Shown here: one piece after another, positions 60,168-64,000 of the stretch
How the letters are laid out: every line of letters begins with the position of its first letter
Position numbering within the stretch: the stretch's first letter is position 1
Origin: the human T2T-CHM13v2.0 reference genome, Homo sapiens
DNA: 64,000 nucleotides
Assembly: GCF_009914755.1 (NCBI RefSeq)
Contig: NC_060933.1
Direction: 5' to 3' (one strand)
Notes under the pieces: generated by a model
Told to the model about the DNA's origin: nothing
What the model saw: only the letters and a program-made list of their open reading frames with translations
Databases searched by the model: none
Program-made: the position numbers and the translations under genes

Positions 60168-60682
60168 TGTGATTGTTAATTTTATGTGTCAACTTGACTG
60201 GGCTAAGGAATGCCCAAATAGCTGGTAAAACATTATTTCCAGGTTTGTGAGGGTATTTCTGGAAGACATTATCATTTGAATTGGTAAAAAGAGTAAAGAA
60301 GATCACTTTCACTAATGCAGGCGGGAATTATCCAATCCATTGAAGACCTCAATAAAACAAAAAGACAGAGGATGGGCAAATTTGCTCTCTGCTTGAGCTG
60401 GAACATTTATCTTCTCTGGCCTTCAGACACTGGCACTCCTGGTTCTCAGGCCTTTGGACTCAGACTGGGACTTACACTATCAGCTCCTCTGGTTCTCAGG
60501 CCTTCAGGTTTGAACTGGACCCACACCATTGGTTTTTGGGGGCCTCCAGCTTACAAGTGGCAGATCATGAGACTTCTCAGCCTCCATAACTGCATGAGGT
60601 GATCCCTCATGATAAATCTTTTTCTATATATGTATATATTGCCTATTGATTCTGTTTATCTGGAAAGCCCTGACTAAATACA
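60168..60682 (+). mobile_element. MLT2 (C/D-like) solo LTR
   Basis: TGTGATTGTTAATTTTATGTGTCAACTTGACTGG...CTGACTAAATACA with 5-bp TSD GGAAT/GGACT. Confidence 0.88.
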
Positions 60683-61220
60683 GGACTACAACAGTGAGCA
60701 AGGCAGGTGTGAGCTTCTCTTCCTGAGGCTTATCATCTAATTAGAGGAGGACATCTAACTAGAAATGGGAACATGATGAGGGTCATGAGGGGAAGTGAAA
60801 GTCACTACAGGAGCATATAACAAGCATTCTAATGTGCTCTTAGGTTGAGTGCATTTCCCTATTTTTACTAAAAGTTGAGTTTTCCAACCAAATGGACAAG
60901 AATGAGTTGTGATCAAAGCACTTTGGGCTCCTTTTGCAGTTCTTCCATTAAGCTGTTTTGTGACTTGAGGCAAAACCCCTACCTTCCTGAGTCTCATTTG
61001 CAGTACGAATATCATCTTATATGTGCTTCTGAGCGAACTGCTCCTCTTAAGTTGTTCGAAGAAATGAGTTTGTAAAGTAGTCACTGGTTATGCAAACTAG
61101 ACAGTAGAAGTCAGACAAGGAGTCCTGAAGCTTTTCCGACTACAAAAAGATATTTAATCCCCTTATATTCAAGTGAAGTAACAGAAAACTCGGTTTCTCT
61201 ACAAACAATGTGTATCTTTA

Positions 61221-61553
<333 letters not shown>

Positions 61554-61688
61554 AAGAATAATTGTTAAAATCACAGGAGATTACTGTTAACTCATCATGT
61601 TTTTAAATGACAGCCTAGTAAAATCTGTATGATTACTAAATCAGATTCAGCTATCATTCTTCAAGGAAGTACCCTCATCACAACATAA

Positions 61689-62012
<324 letters not shown>

Positions 62013-62041
62013 TCAATGTATGTTTTTAGTATCTTCTAAGC

Positions 62042-62524
62042 CAGCAATCCTCAAAGGAGTCAGGGATGACTGGTCTCTGAGACCATTTCAGGGGATGCAT
62101 GAGGTCAAATTATTTTTATAATAATACCAAGATATTCTTTTCCTTGTTTGCTCACATTCTCTCATAAGTATAGAATGCAATTTTCCAGAGGCTACATGAC
62201 ATGTGACATCACAAGAGATTGAATGCAGGAGCAGATGTGAAGATCCAGCTGTTTTCCATTAAGTCAGACACTAAAGAGACTTGCAAACAGATAAAACAAC
62301 ACCACTTTTTCACCAATTTTTTATTTTCAAAGATAGTTATTTTTTATGAAAATAATAATGTTTACATGTAATAAAGATATTGTTTCTTTCAAATAAATAT
62401 TTCTGTTTTAATTTCTAACACAGTAAATATATAGATATAACTCACATATATAAAAGCTCTTTGGGGTCTTCAATATTTTTTAGAGTGAAAAGTAACCCTG
62501 AGAATAAAAAGTTTGAGAACTACT
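62042..62524. mobile_element. hAT-Charlie fossil (Charlie4a-like)
   Basis: CAG...CTCAAA start, internal ttttccagaggctacatgac, and aagtttgagaactact end. Family named from recall. Confidence 0.75.
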
Positions 62525-62842
62525 AAGTAAATGTCTTGCAAATGGTCTCAATCTCCTTATGTAACAAGCTCCTAGATTAGCAGTTTCTATCTCCTTATGT
62601 AACAAGATCGTCAATCAGTCTGGCTTTAGTCATGATTGTAGTAGCCAAGACTGAATCAAAGAAAATAGGGCTTATGGAAACTAAGAAACAATGAAGGGCT
62701 TATATATTCCGTCAAAGAATATTGGGAAGATATTTATTCTGTCTCCACAAATTGTGTCATGCTTCATGCTTCATGACTGTATATTTACATTCATGATTTT
62801 ATTCAATGCTCAGAACTTAGGTAGACAGAAAAGGTGTTAGTC

Positions 62843-62976
62843 CAGCTACTCGGGAGGCTGAGGCAGGAGAATCGCTTGAACCCTGGAGGCGGAGGCTGCA
62901 GTGAGCCAGATAGCACCACTGCACTCCAGCCTGGGTGACAGAGTGAGACTTCATCTCAAGAAAAAAAAAAAAAAAA
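62843..62976 (+). mobile_element. Alu right arm only (5'-truncated insertion)
   Basis: Perfect 16-bp TSD AGAAAAGGTGTTAGTC at 62827-62842 and 62977-62992. Confidence 0.95.
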
Positions 62977-63512
62977 AGAAAAGGTGTTAGTCTCCTGATT
63001 TTACAGGTGAGGAAATTGACCTAGAGGAGCTCAGTGAATTGAGCCATGGCCACAAAGCTAACAGGCTGGACTGGGATTGGAACGTAGGTATCTGTGATGC
63101 CCTATCTAGTGCTCTTTCCATGTAGCAGAACGTAAGAATTTTATGTAAATATTCTCCAAGTTAACTTTGAATCTCAGTAGTTTGTAACTCCATAATTCTT
63201 AATCAATGTTATCCTCCTGGTATTGTTTTCTTCAAAAAAAGTCAACATCATTTTTTTTCTCTAAAACTTACTCTCACCAAACCTGAAAAGAGCTTAAGAG
63301 AAGCTAATTTTCTGGAAGCATCTTTATACTTGAAGGGTAGAAAAGTATCCATCTTGTCTTTACATTGACTAAAAGTAAGCATAGTCTAATGGGAACTAGA
63401 AGCAAATATATCTTCTGAGAAAGAACTAAGAGTTAATACATATTCCATAAAAAGGCTGGAGACTGTCTTTAGCAGACTGATAGCAGTTAAGTACCTTAAG
63501 AGAACCAAGTGA

Positions 63513-63833
<321 letters not shown>

Positions 63834-64000
63834 AAGAACCAACTGAGTTTTTAAATCAAAAAAAAAAAAAAAAAAAGCTTTTCGCAATCCTTTCCTAAAA
63901 CCAGGTGTTGAATAGTTGTCTCATGATTTATCGATAATTTTCTGTTCTCTCTAAAGCTCTGCACAACTTGATGGATTTTCCTCCACAATTGGATTTATTT

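Overview
Human (or close primate) genomic DNA, rich in repeats, with no intact protein-coding exon that I can support. From left to right: a full-length but multiply disrupted L1PA3/4-type LINE-1 on the minus strand (420-6615, 12-bp TSD); about 20 Alus plus L2, MIR, MLT and hAT fossils; a MER41A-family ERV whose architecture (R-U5-internal-U3-R-polyA, 17-bp TSD) is that of an L1-made retrocopy of the viral RNA rather than a provirus (21756-26529); an unexplained gapless 153-bp inverted repeat (30566-32302); a probable non-coding first exon and promoter on the minus strand (about 39710-40260); a nested stack of old L1, 5'-inverted L1MB, near-full-length HSMAR2, MLT2A and Alu (43-49 kb); and a full-length LDHA processed pseudogene (50531-52217). 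From memory, an LDHA retrocopy about 10 kb upstream of a minus-strand non-coding first exon fits FREM1/LDHAP4 at 9p22.3; I could not verify this. I found no CRISPR array, RNA gene or novel protein system. The most interesting signals are structural: the MER41 retrocopy and the inverted repeat. Repeat subfamily names come from recalled consensus sequences, and boundaries of old repeats are approximate.
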